Shown here piece by piece: positions 1-12,929 of a stretch of 64,000 nt of DNA; the stretch's first letter is position 1, and the number at the start of each line of letters is the position of its first letter. Origin of the DNA: Camelus ferus (taxonomy: Eukaryota); assembly GCF_009834535.1 (NCBI RefSeq), contig NC_045697.1:106952001-107016000 (forward strand), in the 5' to 3' direction. Position numbers and translations under genes: made by a program. The notes beneath the pieces are model-generated. The model did not search any database. It was not told the DNA's origin and was given only the letters and a program-made list of their open reading frames with translations.

Positions 1-263
1 AATCCATTCTTCCTATGTTAAATAGTTGTAACATTTTCATTTTATATTTTTTAAAAAGTATATACCCATTTTTAATTTCTCTCAAGTAGCCAACTGTTCA
101 TGTACAACTGTAAACTCTATTATCAAATCAGTCTTGATAAGGTATTACTGTAGTAATAATGAAAATAAAAACAGCCTATTTATACTAGTACTGAAAAGAA
201 TCTAATCATACCACAATGAATAATTTATCACTTGAAATAAGTCAACATCTGAGCTTAAATTAC

Positions 264-379
264 CTGCTATTGTGTTGAGAAACATCAAGTACTCAAAATT
301 TGAAATCTCTCTGTGTTGCCATCGCTGGGTCATATTAGAAACTTTAAAAAGTTGACGTGGACTAGCTAATGAGATACGC
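264..379 (-). CDS. LRBA: LRBA internal coding exon (116 nt): PH-BEACH linker and start of BEACH domain
   Basis: Acceptor ttttcttgcag (AG at 381-380), donor GCAG|GTAATT (GT at 263-262). Encodes (R)[38 protein letters not shown](G). SPRQLF and WQHRE match LRBA as I recall it, not NBEA (TPRQLY, WQRRE). Phase matches the upstream exon. Confidence 0.96.
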
Positions 380-1074
380 CTGCAAGAAAAAGAATTTGAC
401 ATAGAATCAATTTAAACTTCAGATTAACTATATTATGATAATAAATCATGAATATCTGTGCTCATTTAAAATGGCAGCTGTATTTTTCTGAGAAGTTCTA
501 TCCATGTTATACTAATGAATCCTAGAGATGTTTCGATTGACAATTAATGATAAAACAAATGATCTGGACTAGCGACCGGTCTACTGTCCATGTTCTGTTC
601 ATTAAGGTAAGCTGTCATTACAAAGCCATTATAATATCTAGGCTCCATAAATGTTGATTAATAATAGTACGACTAATAATTCATACAAGACATAAAAGGA
701 ATTCTATTAACTGAGAAATTCATATAAAATTGTATTCACATCTTTATCAATTTTAATAGTCATCTCTTAAAGACAACATATTTGTACATTATAAATTTAA
801 ACATTACGTTTGCATACTCACTGTAACAGGGGAAAGAGGATTCTAACTCTAGGTGTTTATTCATGGGATAGGGTAAAGGTAAGAGAAACTATTTTTTTTT
901 TATATAGCTTAATAAAAAACCAAGTTTTCTGTGTTTTGTCAAGGCAATGTAAATAACAAACGATACAACTGACCAATACCAAATAGGTGGCAGGATGAAT
1001 TATTTCATTTGGAGCCCAGAATCTCAGAGAACTATGCTGTCACAGTTCTTCTTACCAGTGAGGACAAGGTAACT

Positions 1075-3968
1075 ATTTTTTTTAAAGCTTTATTTACAAA
1101 TGGATAATTTACATACCATGAAATTTACACTTGTAGGTGTACTATTCAACTACTTTTTAAAGTAAATTTCTAGAGTTGCACAATTATCACCACAATGTAT
1201 TTCAGAATATTTTAATCACTACAAAAACTTGCTTTGTGCCTTTCTACAGTTAATCCCCATTCCTCTCCCCAGCTCTAAGCAACTATCAATCTGCTTTCTG
1301 TCTCTATAAACTTGCCTTTTCTGAACACTTAATGGAATCATACATCATGTAATCTTTCGCATCAGGCTTCTTTCACTAACTATGATGTTTTCATCCATTT
1401 GGTAGCATGTATTAACAGCTTTCTTCTTTTGATTGCTGAATAGTATTCCATTGTATGAATACAGAATATAACACATTTTTTAAATCAATTCACAAGTTAA
1501 TAAACATTTAAATTGTTCAAGTTTTTACCTGCCACGAAAAATGCTACTAGGAACATTCATGTACACTTTTTTGATGAACATTTGCTGGCATGTCTTTAGG
1601 ATAGTTTCCTAGGAGTGGAATTGCTGGGTTGTATGTTGAGTTTATATTTAGCTTTTTGAGAAAATGCCAAACAGTTTTCACTTATACATTCCAATAAGCA
1701 ATGTAGGATGCTCCAATTTTTCCACATTTCTGCCAATACTTGCTATTGTATATTTTGTCATAGCCATTCTGGTCAGTGTAAAATGGTATCTTATTATAGT
1801 TTTAATGCACACTGTTGAACATCTTTTCATGTATGTATTAGCCATGTTTATTTTGTTTGAGGAAATGACTATTGAAATGTTTCCCTCCTTCATTAGTTGG
1901 GTTGCTTCTGTCCTATTATTGAGTTACAAAAGTTCTTTATACATTCTAGATATAAGTCCTTTATTAGATACATGATGTACAAATATTTTCTCAGTCTGTG
2001 ACTTATGCATTCATATATTTAGTGATGTGTTTAAAGCACAAAAGTTTCAAATTTTGATTAATTCAATTTCTCAATTTTTGTCTTTTATGAATTATGTTTT
2101 TGGTGTCACATCTGAGGACTCTTTGCTTAAATGAAAGTGATGAAGCTTTTATCCTTTATCTTATTTGAGAAATTTTTTAGTTTTAGATCTTAAATATAGG
2201 TCTATGATATATTTTGAGTTAATTTTTGTGAATAGTGTGTGGTAAGTGTTAAGTTTATTTTCTTGCATGTGACTATCCAATTGTTTCAGTATCATTTATT
2301 TAAAGATTACCCTTCCTTCACTGAATTGTGCTAGCATCTTTATTAAAAAGCAACTAACCATAAATGCAAGGGTTTATTTCTGTATTCTGAGTTTAGTTTT
2401 ATTCATTAGTATCCCTATCCTTGTATAAATGCCATACAATATTGATCACTGTGGATGTATGGTAAGTTTTGCAATTAGATAGTGATAGTCCTCTAATTTT
2501 GTTTTTCTTTTTCAAAGTTGTCTTGGCAATTCTAGATCCATTGTGTTAGTTTCTCAATGTCCAAAAAAAGTGTACTAAACTTTGATAGGCATTATGTTGA
2601 ATTTACAGATCTGGGGAGAAAGGACATGGCAATCATGTTGAATCTTCTGATCCATGAATAGGGAATGTCTCAAGTTACTGATGTCTGTCTTTATGTTCTA
2701 ACAGTCATGTTTTCATTTTCACTGCAAAAATTGTACACACTGTCATCTAGGAATGATGATTTCCCTTTCCAATCTGAATGCCTTCGGTTTTCCCCTTTCC
2801 TTCCTTTCTTATCACACAGGCTGAAATCTTCAATTTAATGTTGATAAAAGTGGTAAGAATGGAAGACTGAAGTCTTCTCAATCTTAGAGGAAAAGCATTC
2901 AGTCTTTCAGCACTGAGTACAGTGTATGCTGTGGGGCGTTTTGATGGATGCTATTTATCTGTCTGTAGAAATTCACTTCTATTCCTAGTCAGTTGAGAGT
3001 TTCTAGTCACGAATGTGTATTAAATTTTGTCAGATGTTTTTTCTGTGCCTATTGAGATGATCATGTGGTTTTTCGGTACAGTATTCTATTACACTGGTAG
3101 ATAACATTAATTGATTTTCAGATTTAAACCAATTTGCAATTCTGTGATAAAATCCATATGGCTATTTCATAATCCTTTTTATATATTGCTAGATTTGGTT
3201 TGCTAACATTTTAAAGGATTTTTGTGTTATGCGTTCCTTAGGGATATTGGTCTATAGTTTTTTCTTGTGATGTCTTTGTCTGGCATTGGTATTAGGGTAA
3301 CATTCACCTCACAGAATGAGTTGGGAAGTGTTTCTTATTCCTCTGTCTTCCGGATGAGTCTCTGAATTTTTAATATAACTAGGTAAGATTCACCAGTAAA
3401 GCCATCTGGGACTTCATTTTCTTTGTGGGAAGATTTTTAAATTACTAATTCAATTTCTTTACCTGTTATAGGTCTATTCAGCATTTTAATTTCTTCTCGA
3501 CTCAATTCTGATAATTCTGTCTTTCTAGAAATCCATCTCACCTCAACTGTCTAATTTGTTGGTCAGTGTTGTTCAGGACATTTCCTTCTGATTCTTTTAT
3601 TTTCTATATGATCAGTAGGAAGTTTTTTTTTTCATTTCTGATTTTGGTAATTTATGACATGTCTTTTTCTTATAGTTAGGCAGTTAAAGTATGTCAATTT
3701 TATTAATCCTTTCCCAGAATCAGCTTTTCTTTAATTGATCTTATTTATTGTTTTTTGTTTGTTTTTCATTGATTTCTGCTGTAATGTTCCTTATTCATTT
3801 CTTCCTACTTTTTTTCCATTTAGTTTGCTCTTTTAATTTCTAAAGGTGGGACCATAGGTCACTTGTGTTATATAGGCATCTCAGGATTTCAGATATAGGT
3901 ATTTAAAGCTAAAAAATTTCCCTTAAGCACTACTTTAGCTGCATCCCATAAATTTTGATATGCTATAG
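1075..3968 (-). mobile_element. Old L1 (L1M-type) 3' UTR and degraded ORF2, same orientation as LRBA
   Basis: T-tract followed by typical antisense L1 text (ttcctaggagtggaattgctggg; ttcaccagtaaagccatctggg; tttagctgcatcccataaattttgata). Minus ORF 1678-1893 resembles the ORF2 C-terminus (MKRCS...IRYHFT). Confidence 0.9.
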
Positions 3969-4879
3969 CTCTGCTGGATACAAAAACCTGAATCACTGCC
4001 CTTCCGAGTACCATGGGAGGAAGAATTGCTGGGTGCAGAAGTGGCCCAAAGTACCAAGGACTATTTTGAAGAGCTGCAGCAGCATTTGTGGAAAGAAAGA
4101 AGCTTCTAAGCTCAGGCACTCTAGAGGCAGGGAGGTATGTAAGGGAGAGAAACTGGCACAGACCCTGGAGAAAAAAAAAAAAAAAAGAAAGGAAGAAAAA
4201 GGAAAAAAGGAGAAAAACACCCCCCACTACTCCAGTCTCCCCGTGTAGCCTTATCTCTGCCTCATCCTGTACTTCACACCAAGCTTCAAACTGCAAGAGA
4301 AGATGATTTGGTAGCTGTTATAATCCCTGATTACACATGTCTAACACTTGGTTAGTGTTTCTGCAGGGGAAAAAAATGCCTGAATCATGTGACAGGGTTG
4401 GGCAAAACTCACAGTGAAGAGAAAACTAAAATGAGGCTGCGGGTAGAATCTTTGGGCCAATTCCATGTACCAGTATGGCTTATGACCGGTACTGATGTGC
4501 ACATGCTTATACAGTTGGGTACTATAAAGTGTCAGAGAGAATATTCCAGATCAAGAAGAGCTACAGGTAGAAAAGTGATAGTAGGGCTAATTCTGTCATT
4601 TGCCATCGGTAGTAGGTCAGGATTTAATACAAGTGTCTCTACCCACATCAGTCCTATTGACTGACAACTCAGAAGTCTCACACTCAAACCAGAACCAAGA
4701 GAGGCAGCCCATAAACTGCAACCAAATTCACGGGCCTGCTGGCCAGCTAGAGCTTGTTGACACCGAATGGACGCACTCCCAGCACTCAACCCCCAGCAGT
4801 CAAAAACTGCTGATGCGATAAGTAAGTGCCATTTTTCAGCCAATGTCTTACTGATTTGTCATCAAATCTTATCTTCTTT

Positions 4880-5905
4880 AAATACTGTCATCCTTTGGCA
4901 ACACCTTTTCCTGGATTTCCTAGTTTTCAAGCCCGTCCTGTTTTTGTTTTTCTGTTTCATTTACCTAACATTTCAATGCTGCCCTTCCCCAGAACGTAGC
5001 CCCAGTTCATCCTACCCACTCTACAGTCTCTCCCCAGATGACTCCATTCCCTCTCAAGGCTTCAAATTTCATCTAAATGGTAATGATTCCCAACTACCAC
5101 ACTTTTCATTTGAGATCTTGATATACCTTCTTATATTCAACTTCCTATTCAACATTTCAGTCTGGACATCTCTCAAGGGTTTTAATTTCAAGAGATCTGA
5201 AACTAAATTTCTCCTTTTCAGTCCATTCACCTTCTCCCCACAATCCTAAACCCAACCCCAACCCCAACCATTGGGGGAGATGGGGGAAGGACACATACAA
5301 CTACTCCTTCTCCAGTGTTCCCCATCTCAGTCAGTGCTACTGGGCCATTCAAGCTGAAACTTGGGGAGACACACTGGACACCTCCATTTCTCATACTCCA
5401 AATTTAACTAACCTTCAAGTCACATAAACTGTATCTCCTCAAAGCCTCTAAACAGGACGTCTGTCTTCAACTACACTATCAGCATCACATCTCACCTCAA
5501 TTTCTACAATAAGCTCCCACCTCCAAATTGACACTCTCTTCCTAAAATTACTAAGTGCCAGTGATACTTGACTTCCAATATTCCTTAAAATATTGGAAGA
5601 TCCATCTTGTTTCAGGGCCTTTACACATGCTATTCACTCTTTCAAAGGTTAGCTGACTCTATTCCTTCAAATCAAAATGTAAAAGTCACACAGGAAGACA
5701 TTTTGGACCACCTTATCCAAAGCATTTCATCTCCACTCCACTAATCAGTATCCCAACACCCTAAGTACATCCTTCCTGTCACACATTTTTTTAAAATTTT
5801 ATTTACATATTTGTTTAAACATCTTTGGGCAAGACGATATCTATGTTGTACATTACATGACTGAGACATTCTAGGTGTTAAAGATCTGTTTACATGACTG
5901 ACTCA
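4880..5905 (+). mobile_element. L2 LINE remnant
   Basis: Pyrimidine-rich L2-like text (ccattccctctcaaggcttcaaatttcatctaaatg; tcttctccagtgttccccatctcagt; tcagggcctttacacatgct). Confidence 0.7.
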
Positions 5906-6201
5906 ATAAATTAAGACTTTTAGCTTTCATTAACTGTGGGAAAACATTACAAAAAGTTTCTAAGTATGATAATACGTATTAGGTGATAGATAAAAGTATT
6001 TTTTAAAAAATAAAGGGATAATCAGTAGGAAAAAGGACTTCTTATTAAGATAAGGAAATCTACTATGCCATTTTGAGCTGCTTCCTCCTGCACCCTGAAG
6101 TTCCTCATTAAATTATAAAATTACCTAATCAAAAGCTTTACTGGCATTGTAAAGCAACTACTGCTAATAATTCAGAAGGGCCTCTTATAAAAGTTGTAAC
6201 C

Positions 6202-6560
6202 TGTTACATGTCCACAAATTCTTTTATACTTTCTCTACAAGAGATGAAGCTTGATTTTCCTGCCCTGGAGCCCGGGCTGGGTTTAATAACTCACTTGTAA
6301 CAAGTATAATGGAGCAGAAATGATGGCATGTGATACTCGAGGTAGGTCATAAGAAGACACTGGGGATTCTGCCTCATTCTCTCTCAGATCACTTGTTCTG
6401 GGGAGAGTCAGCTCCCTTGTCACGGAGACACTCAAGCAGCCTATGCAGTGGCAGACTTGGTAAGGAACCAAGTCCTACTTACAAGAGGCATGGGAGCACA
6501 TCCTCTTGGAAAGCCCTCTGGCCCAGAATGACTGCAGGCCCTACTAATATCCTGACTGTT
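6202..6560 (+). mobile_element. MLT1-type (ERVL-MaLR) LTR fragment
   Basis: gtccacaaattct...gcagaaatgatggcatgtgatactcgaggtaggtcataagaagacac...ggagacactcaagcagcct resembles MLT1 LTRs. Confidence 0.7.
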
Positions 6561-7279
6561 ATTTGTTGATTCTATTTCAACTGCATTTGTCATAAGATAC
6601 AAACTTAAAAAACTGAAATAAACACTAATTAGAAACAGCTCAAATCAATACAAACTTAGGTATGCTAAAAGTAAACTAAGTTTCTACGGCTAATATGTTT
6701 CAATCAATCAATAGAAACATCATGCTATTCACTCTTTTCCTAGTTCTTAAATTAGTTAGCTAAATTGTATTGATGATGAGTTAATATCTACTAAGAAAGA
6801 AAACAATTAATGGTCATTCTCTTTAAAGATAGCCAACTGACTCCAGCACACAGGCAAGAGAGGCATAACCCCACACTCTCCCAATTCCCTGTGCCGTGAG
6901 ATGCTTTGGCATTTTAACATTCCTTTCAAGTAGTTATTAAGTTAATTTGAACAATATAAATACTAGTTATTAAGTCCATATGTATACACAAAGTTAATAT
7001 TTGAACTCTGATTTATCAGAGGTTAAAGATAAAAGTTTTAATTAAATATACTGTAGTTACAAAATCCTTAACATATGGAGTTGATATTTATATCAACAGA
7101 GAAAAAATTGCAATAAATACGACATACAGCAAAGTCTAATCAATTTTTATCAAAATGATAAAAACTTTTTATCTGATTTATCATACATATTAAATAATGG
7201 TACTTTTGAAAATGAGTATGTAATGAGCACTTTTGTAACTGATATTTTAAATATAGGGCCTATTTTTGCAATGAGATAA

Positions 7280-10200
7280 AATTGTTGAGATAAAATTTAA
7301 TAAAACAACATTTACCAAATTTAAGTGTACAGTTTAATCAGTTTTGGATATACCTATTTCTATAACCACCATTACAATCAAGATATTCTGCAAAATGGTC
7401 CCCGGCATCCTTTTGTAGTGAATTCCTTTGTCCCTGGCAGTTCCTGGCTCCTGGCAAGGATCTGCTTTCTATCACAATACAGTTTTGTTTTTTCAACAAT
7501 TTCACATAAATAGAATCATAGCCCATGGCTATAATGTGTGAAGGCCACGATGCCTCCTCACTTCTTTTACCTAGCACGATGCTTTTGAGATTCATCCCTG
7601 CTGTTACATGTATCAGTAGTCAATTCCTTTCTATTTCTGAGTAGTGTTTCATTGCCTGGATGCACTACAATCTATTGATCCATGCACAGTTGATGGAACT
7701 AGAAATGTTCTCAGTTTGGAACTGTATGAATAACAGTGCTATTAATATTTGCTTACAAGTGAATGTATGTATATATATTTTCAATACTCTTGGGTAAATT
7801 CCTAGGAGTCGAACTGACAGGACATAAATTAAATGTATATTTAACTTTATAAGAAGACTAGCAAACTTTCCAAAGTGACTATACTAATTTGTATTCCTAC
7901 TAGCTTGGTTCTAGAGTTCCTGATGAAGTGGTCTGTTTTTTTCAAAAAGTCATATAAATAGAATCACACAGTATGTGGTCTTTTGTGCTGGCTTCCTTCA
8001 CCTAGCATAACACTTCTCAAATCCATCCAGGTTGTTCCCTGTAATAGTAGTTTGTTCCTTTTTACCGCTGAGCAGTATTTTCTATTGGATGGATGGATAT
8101 ATGATAATTTGTCCATTCACTAGTTGATGACCATCTTGGCTATTTCTAAATTTTTTGTGATTATAAATATGGCTGTTATAAACATTCATGAACAGGTCAC
8201 CACATGAATAGGCCTATTTTCTATTCTCCATAGATGCCTTTGAGTGAGACTACTGGCATATGTGGTAAGTTTATGATTAATTTTATATGAAACCGCAAAA
8301 CTGTTTCCAAAGTGGCCACCACTTTACTTTCCCATCAGCAACATGTGAAGCTCCAGGTACTGTGCATTCTTATTAGCTCTTGTTACAGGTTTTTAAAAAG
8401 TCATTCTAACAGTTGGGCCATGACATTACATTGCAGTTTAACTGGCGTTTCCTCGATGACTAATGAATGATGTGTGGCACTTTTTCATGTGTTTGATATT
8501 TATATCTATTCTTTGCTGAAGTATCTGTAAAAAATCTTCTGGTTTTTTTTTTAATAGGTTGTTTGTCCTACTATTAAATGTAGGAGTTTCTTTTTTTTTT
8601 TTTTTAATAGTTTTTTAAATTAATCTTTAAACTTTTTTTGTGGGGGAGGGTAATTAGGTTTATTCATTTATTCTCAGAGGTGGTACCAGGGACTGAAGCC
8701 AGGACCTTGTGCATGGGAAGCATGCACTCTACCACTTGAACTATATCCTCCTTGCAGCAGCTTCTTATATATCCTTTATATAAATCCTTTATCACTTTTA
8801 AGTTGTACAAATATATTAACTCAGCTGATAGCATATCCTTTCATTTTCTCAAGAGTGTCTTTCAAAAGCAAATGGTTTTAATTTCAAAGGTCAATTAATG
8901 ATTTTTTTTTCAGTCTTATCTAAGAAATTTTGCCTAGCTCAAAGTCACAAAGATTTTTCTCGTATTTTTTTTTAGGAAGTTTTACATTAGCACTTATGTT
9001 TAGGTTATGTTATGTTTTGAGTTAATTTATATGTTAGGTAAAGGATGAGGTGGGGTTTGTAGGGTTTGTTTTGGGGTTTTTTTTTTTTATGTGTTTGTAT
9101 ATATGGATATCCAATCATTGACTACCATTTGTTGGAAAAACTATCTTTTCCCATAGACATAGATTGATATCCTTGTTAAAAATCAAAATGATCATTTCTG
9201 TGCAGGCTATTTCTGGATGCTATTATATTCTACTGCTCTTTAAGTCTATTTCACAAAACACATTAAGTCCTGAAATCACATAGTTAAAGTCCTCCAACTT
9301 TGTTTTTCTTTTCCAAATTGTTTTAGTTACTCTAGATATTTGCTCCACTTAAATTTTAGAATTAGCTTGTCAGTTTCTCAAAAAAGGCCATCTAGGATTT
9401 TGAATAGAATCGTTGAACCCATAGATCTGTTTGGAGAGAACTAACATCATACTTATATTGAGTCTTTCAATTCATGAACATGGTATGGTACAACTTTCCA
9501 CTTTCAGGTTTCTTTAATTTCTCTAAACAATGTTTTACAGTTTTCAAAGAGCAAATATTAATATTTTCAATTTTATCTATAGATGCTTAATTTTTTGATA
9601 CTATTTAAATACTCTTTAATTTCAATTTCCAATTGTTCATTACTACTATATAGGAATAAAATTACATAAGCTACAAAATCGCTAAACTTCGTTATTAGTT
9701 CAAACAGCTTTTTAAAAAAAATTTGCAGTTTCCTTGGGAATGTACACATTAAGTCATGTACATAAACTAAAAAAGACAGTTTTATTTCTTCCTTTTCAAT
9801 CAAGATGGTCTGTAGCTTCCTCTTCTGGTAATGCCTTGCTGTGGATTTGGAATTCAGGTAATGCTGGCTTCTTAGAATGACTCTGGAAATTTACCCCTCT
9901 TCTCTATTTTCTGTAAGAGTTTGCCCAGAAATAGTATTACTTCTTCATTAAACATTTGACAGAATTTGCCACTGAAACCATGTAAGTGAGGAATTTTCTC
10001 TGTTAGAAGATTTTAAGCTACAAATTCAATTTCCTCTATAGAGCTATTAAAGTTACCTATTTCCACTAGTGAGATTTGACAGTTTGTGTCTTTCATGGAA
10101 TCTGCTCATTTCATCTAAGTTGTCTAATTAAGGGGCATAAATTTGTTCATAATATTTCCTGATTTTATTTTTAATATCTTTAGGATCTGTAGTGATATCC

Positions 10201-10420
10201 CTTCCTTCATTCTGATATTAGCAGTGTATCTTTTTTTTTAAGTCATGCGTAGATATTTATTACATTTATTAATCTTTTCAGAGAAATAGCTTTCCATTGT
10301 ATTGATTTTTCTTTATTGTTTTTGATTTCTTCTTCATTAAAATTCCCTTGTTTATTACTTTCTTTTTTCAGCTTAGTTTGCTATACATATGTTCTTCTTT
10401 TTCTCATTTCTTCAGACAGA
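7280..10420 (-). mobile_element. Old L1M fragments, same orientation as LRBA, interrupted by a SINE
   Basis: Antisense L1 3' UTR/ORF2 text (ttgagattcatccctgctgttacatgtatcagtag; tttatttcttccttttcaatc). Minus ORF 9573-9803 (IEKEEIKLSF) is a degraded RT segment. Confidence 0.85.
8591..8751 (-). mobile_element. tRNA-derived SINE (camelid Vic-1-like) nested in L1
   Basis: Reverse complement reads ggaggatatagttcaagtggtagagtgcatgcttcccatgcacaaggtcctggcttcagtccctggtacc, then an AT-rich body and A tail. Homologous to the copies at 20994 and 59986. Confidence 0.85.
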
Positions 10421-10559
10421 AGTTCATTTGACTCAAAATATAACAATACACTAATAATCATCATTTACTATGAAGCACAAAAGGTCATGCATTTCAAAAC
10501 ACATAAGAACAAATATTAATATAGGTTATTTTCCATATTTATTTCATATAGAACAGTAC

Positions 10560-10662
10560 CTGGTTTGAGGCAATCCAAAACTGGTTCCAATACCAACACG
10601 AGGCAGATAGTTAACCACTTTCTTCACTGTTGCAGGGTCTGGGAAGTTGAACATCACAGCAA
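10560..10662 (-). CDS. LRBA: LRBA internal coding exon (103 nt): end of BEACH-associated PH domain
   Basis: Acceptor tttttcatag (AG at 10664-10663), donor AG|GTACTG. Encodes (V)AVMFNFPDPATVKKVVNYLPRVGIGTSFGLPQT(R). Phase 1 in, phase 2 out, compatible with both neighbours. Confidence 0.96.
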
Positions 10663-12811
10663 CTATGAAAAATAATTTTTAAAAATTAGAATAAAATATG
10701 GTTTTCTCTCTGGAAAACTGACTTCTTGGTCTAATAAAATGCTTACTCTTAGTTCAGGTATCTATTAAATAGAATTTTTACCATATTACTTTTATTATAG
10801 TATATATCAAGTTCTAATATTAATATGCCAGAAATGATAGTCATTTACTCATAAACTATCAGATAGTTCCTTCTCTAAATACTGTCAGAAGTTATATCAA
10901 CTATTGCTGCATTAATGTGACATGATGTTGAGATTTTATCAAGCTACAATTTTGAATGTACAGAATTGAATTTTTTATAAGTTATAATATATATATATTT
11001 TTAAATATATCTATGAATTTCTATAAAAAACTTTAAATTTTTAAGTTTATATACTTAACAATCTAATACCAAAAAGGCTACAAATATAGCTGTTAAATTG
11101 TTGGTTATATTGCTAATGACGAATAGCTTAAGAAATAATTCTCTTTACAATGTTTATGTTTATGCTTTATATGTTAATATAATTCAGAACAATGTGTGAC
11201 TTGAAGAAAAAATTTTTCTATGATTAATGATTAAATTTAAATGCTTTCTAATCATTGCTATTTCAATAATTACACATTTTGAGACAATCAATAAGTGTAC
11301 ATCATATATATAAGTATATTCAAAATATAAATGTTAATTTACAAGTCATTTATAAAATTTTATCCTTCTTAAAAATATGAAAATATCAAAGTCATAAAAT
11401 CATGATAGGGAATTTAGAAGATATTAATTTGGTCAATCTTGAAATTTTAATTATATTAATTTCTATTTCAGTACCATAAATAATCTACAAGTACTCATCA
11501 AGAAAATGATCCTTCTATCTAGCCTAAAAAATACTACAAACCAAAACATTTCATCGAGGTTGGTGTAGTTTTTAAACACTGGCATTACATCATGTTAGGT
11601 ACATTTTGGGTAAGTAAGTATATGATCATTCACTAAGAACCTAAAGTATATTTAGAACTATCATGTGTATATCCAACATAACTTATTAATAAGCTTCCTT
11701 ATATATCCACTATTATACTGAATACAAGGGAAGAAAAAAAAAACAAAAAGAAAAACTCAGGTTATGGCAGATGACCAAGGCCATGAGGGAAAGGCAACAG
11801 AAAAACACACGTACAAAGATATAAAGCAAAGACGCGTAAGAAATTTCAAAGAAGGAAAATAAATGAGGATGAGCAAGTAATAAATACTGTAAGGCTGAGA
11901 CCCCTCTGGAACAGCAAGAATGCAGACTGAACTAAAGTGTGAAACAGTCACTTGATTATTTGCCTGGGAGAATAATGTTTACATTAGAAGAAGAGGTATG
12001 TGTGTGGGAGAAGACCAAATATGAAAGGGAAAAACATCTTTTCCTAAAGAAATCTGTACTCCCTAGAGAAACACGATTTCATTAAAAAAATGTATGGAAT
12101 ATATGTTATGCGTAGATTTTTAAAATGACAACTTGTAGGTTATTGACAGAGAAAATAACAAAATTTCAATCTATTTATATAAGAGTATGTAAAATAAGTC
12201 ATAGAGTTTTATATAATGTCCCTTGTATGCCTCCACTCATACCCAGCAATGCTTTTTCCTTCAAGTTCACCTTGTCTCTCCTTCTTGCCTTAATGAATTT
12301 CACCAAGTTCAATTCTAAACCCACAAATTGAATTTTAGTTCTTTCAAGAATGATGTAATACAAAGCAACCAGGACAGTTCAGTACCATTTTCTGATGGTC
12401 CCTTTATAAATGGCAATAGATTAGACAAAAAATTAAATAAATGTATGAATCATTTGATTACCCTCTCCCCTCTCGAAATGCAGCCACCTTCCAGAAGGAG
12501 TTTGAGCGTCAGAGCAACGTTGAGGACATCCAAACTCCACAAATGATTAAATGGGTAGTTATTCCTCATATTTATAAAGCCTTGCACTAATCTGTGATTT
12601 GGTCAGAAAAATAAAACTCCTACAAATAATTCTAAGAATGACCAAGGGCTGGAGGGAAACCATGAAGATGCACGTGGTTTGAAAAAGAGGTCAACAGGGC
12701 AGAGAGTAGGCTACAAAATTCTATCTAAATGGAAACAATATGGCATGTTAAAAATGAAATTTTGGGAGATGGCGGTTAGCTTTGTAACAATATACGTCTG
12801 CGACATATTAC

Positions 12812-12929
12812 CTCTGTTTGCCATAAAGATCTCCAAGGCTGTATTTTGCAAAAGATAACGACGAGAAAAGATTGATCGTATCTCTGTGAACAGCCATTTT
12901 CCATGCAGCCCTTCTGTATATGCCAGGAT
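12812..12929 (-). CDS. LRBA: LRBA internal coding exon (118 nt): BEACH-associated PH domain
   Basis: Acceptor tttttttcctcactag (AG at 12931-12930), donor G|GTAATA. Encodes [39 protein letters not shown] plus 1 nt, including the RRYLLQxxALE motif of BEACH-family PH domains. Confidence 0.96.

Noticed and set aside
553..600. Imperfect hairpin around the GACCGGTC palindrome
   Set aside because: Short, mismatched stem within chance expectation; no pre-miRNA or snoRNA features.
3889..4306. Overlapping Lys-rich and Phe-rich ORFs
   Set aside because: Produced by the A/purine tract; no recognisable domain or exon structure.
4767..5249. 160-aa ORF (similarly 23969-24445 and 57777-58244)
   Set aside because: The first two lie in L2 remnants and the third has low-complexity composition. 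None has recognisable homology.
264..12929. Assignment of the exons to NBEA
   Set aside because: Diagnostic residues (ILAYTEG...[35 protein letters not shown]) fit LRBA as I recall the two paralogues.
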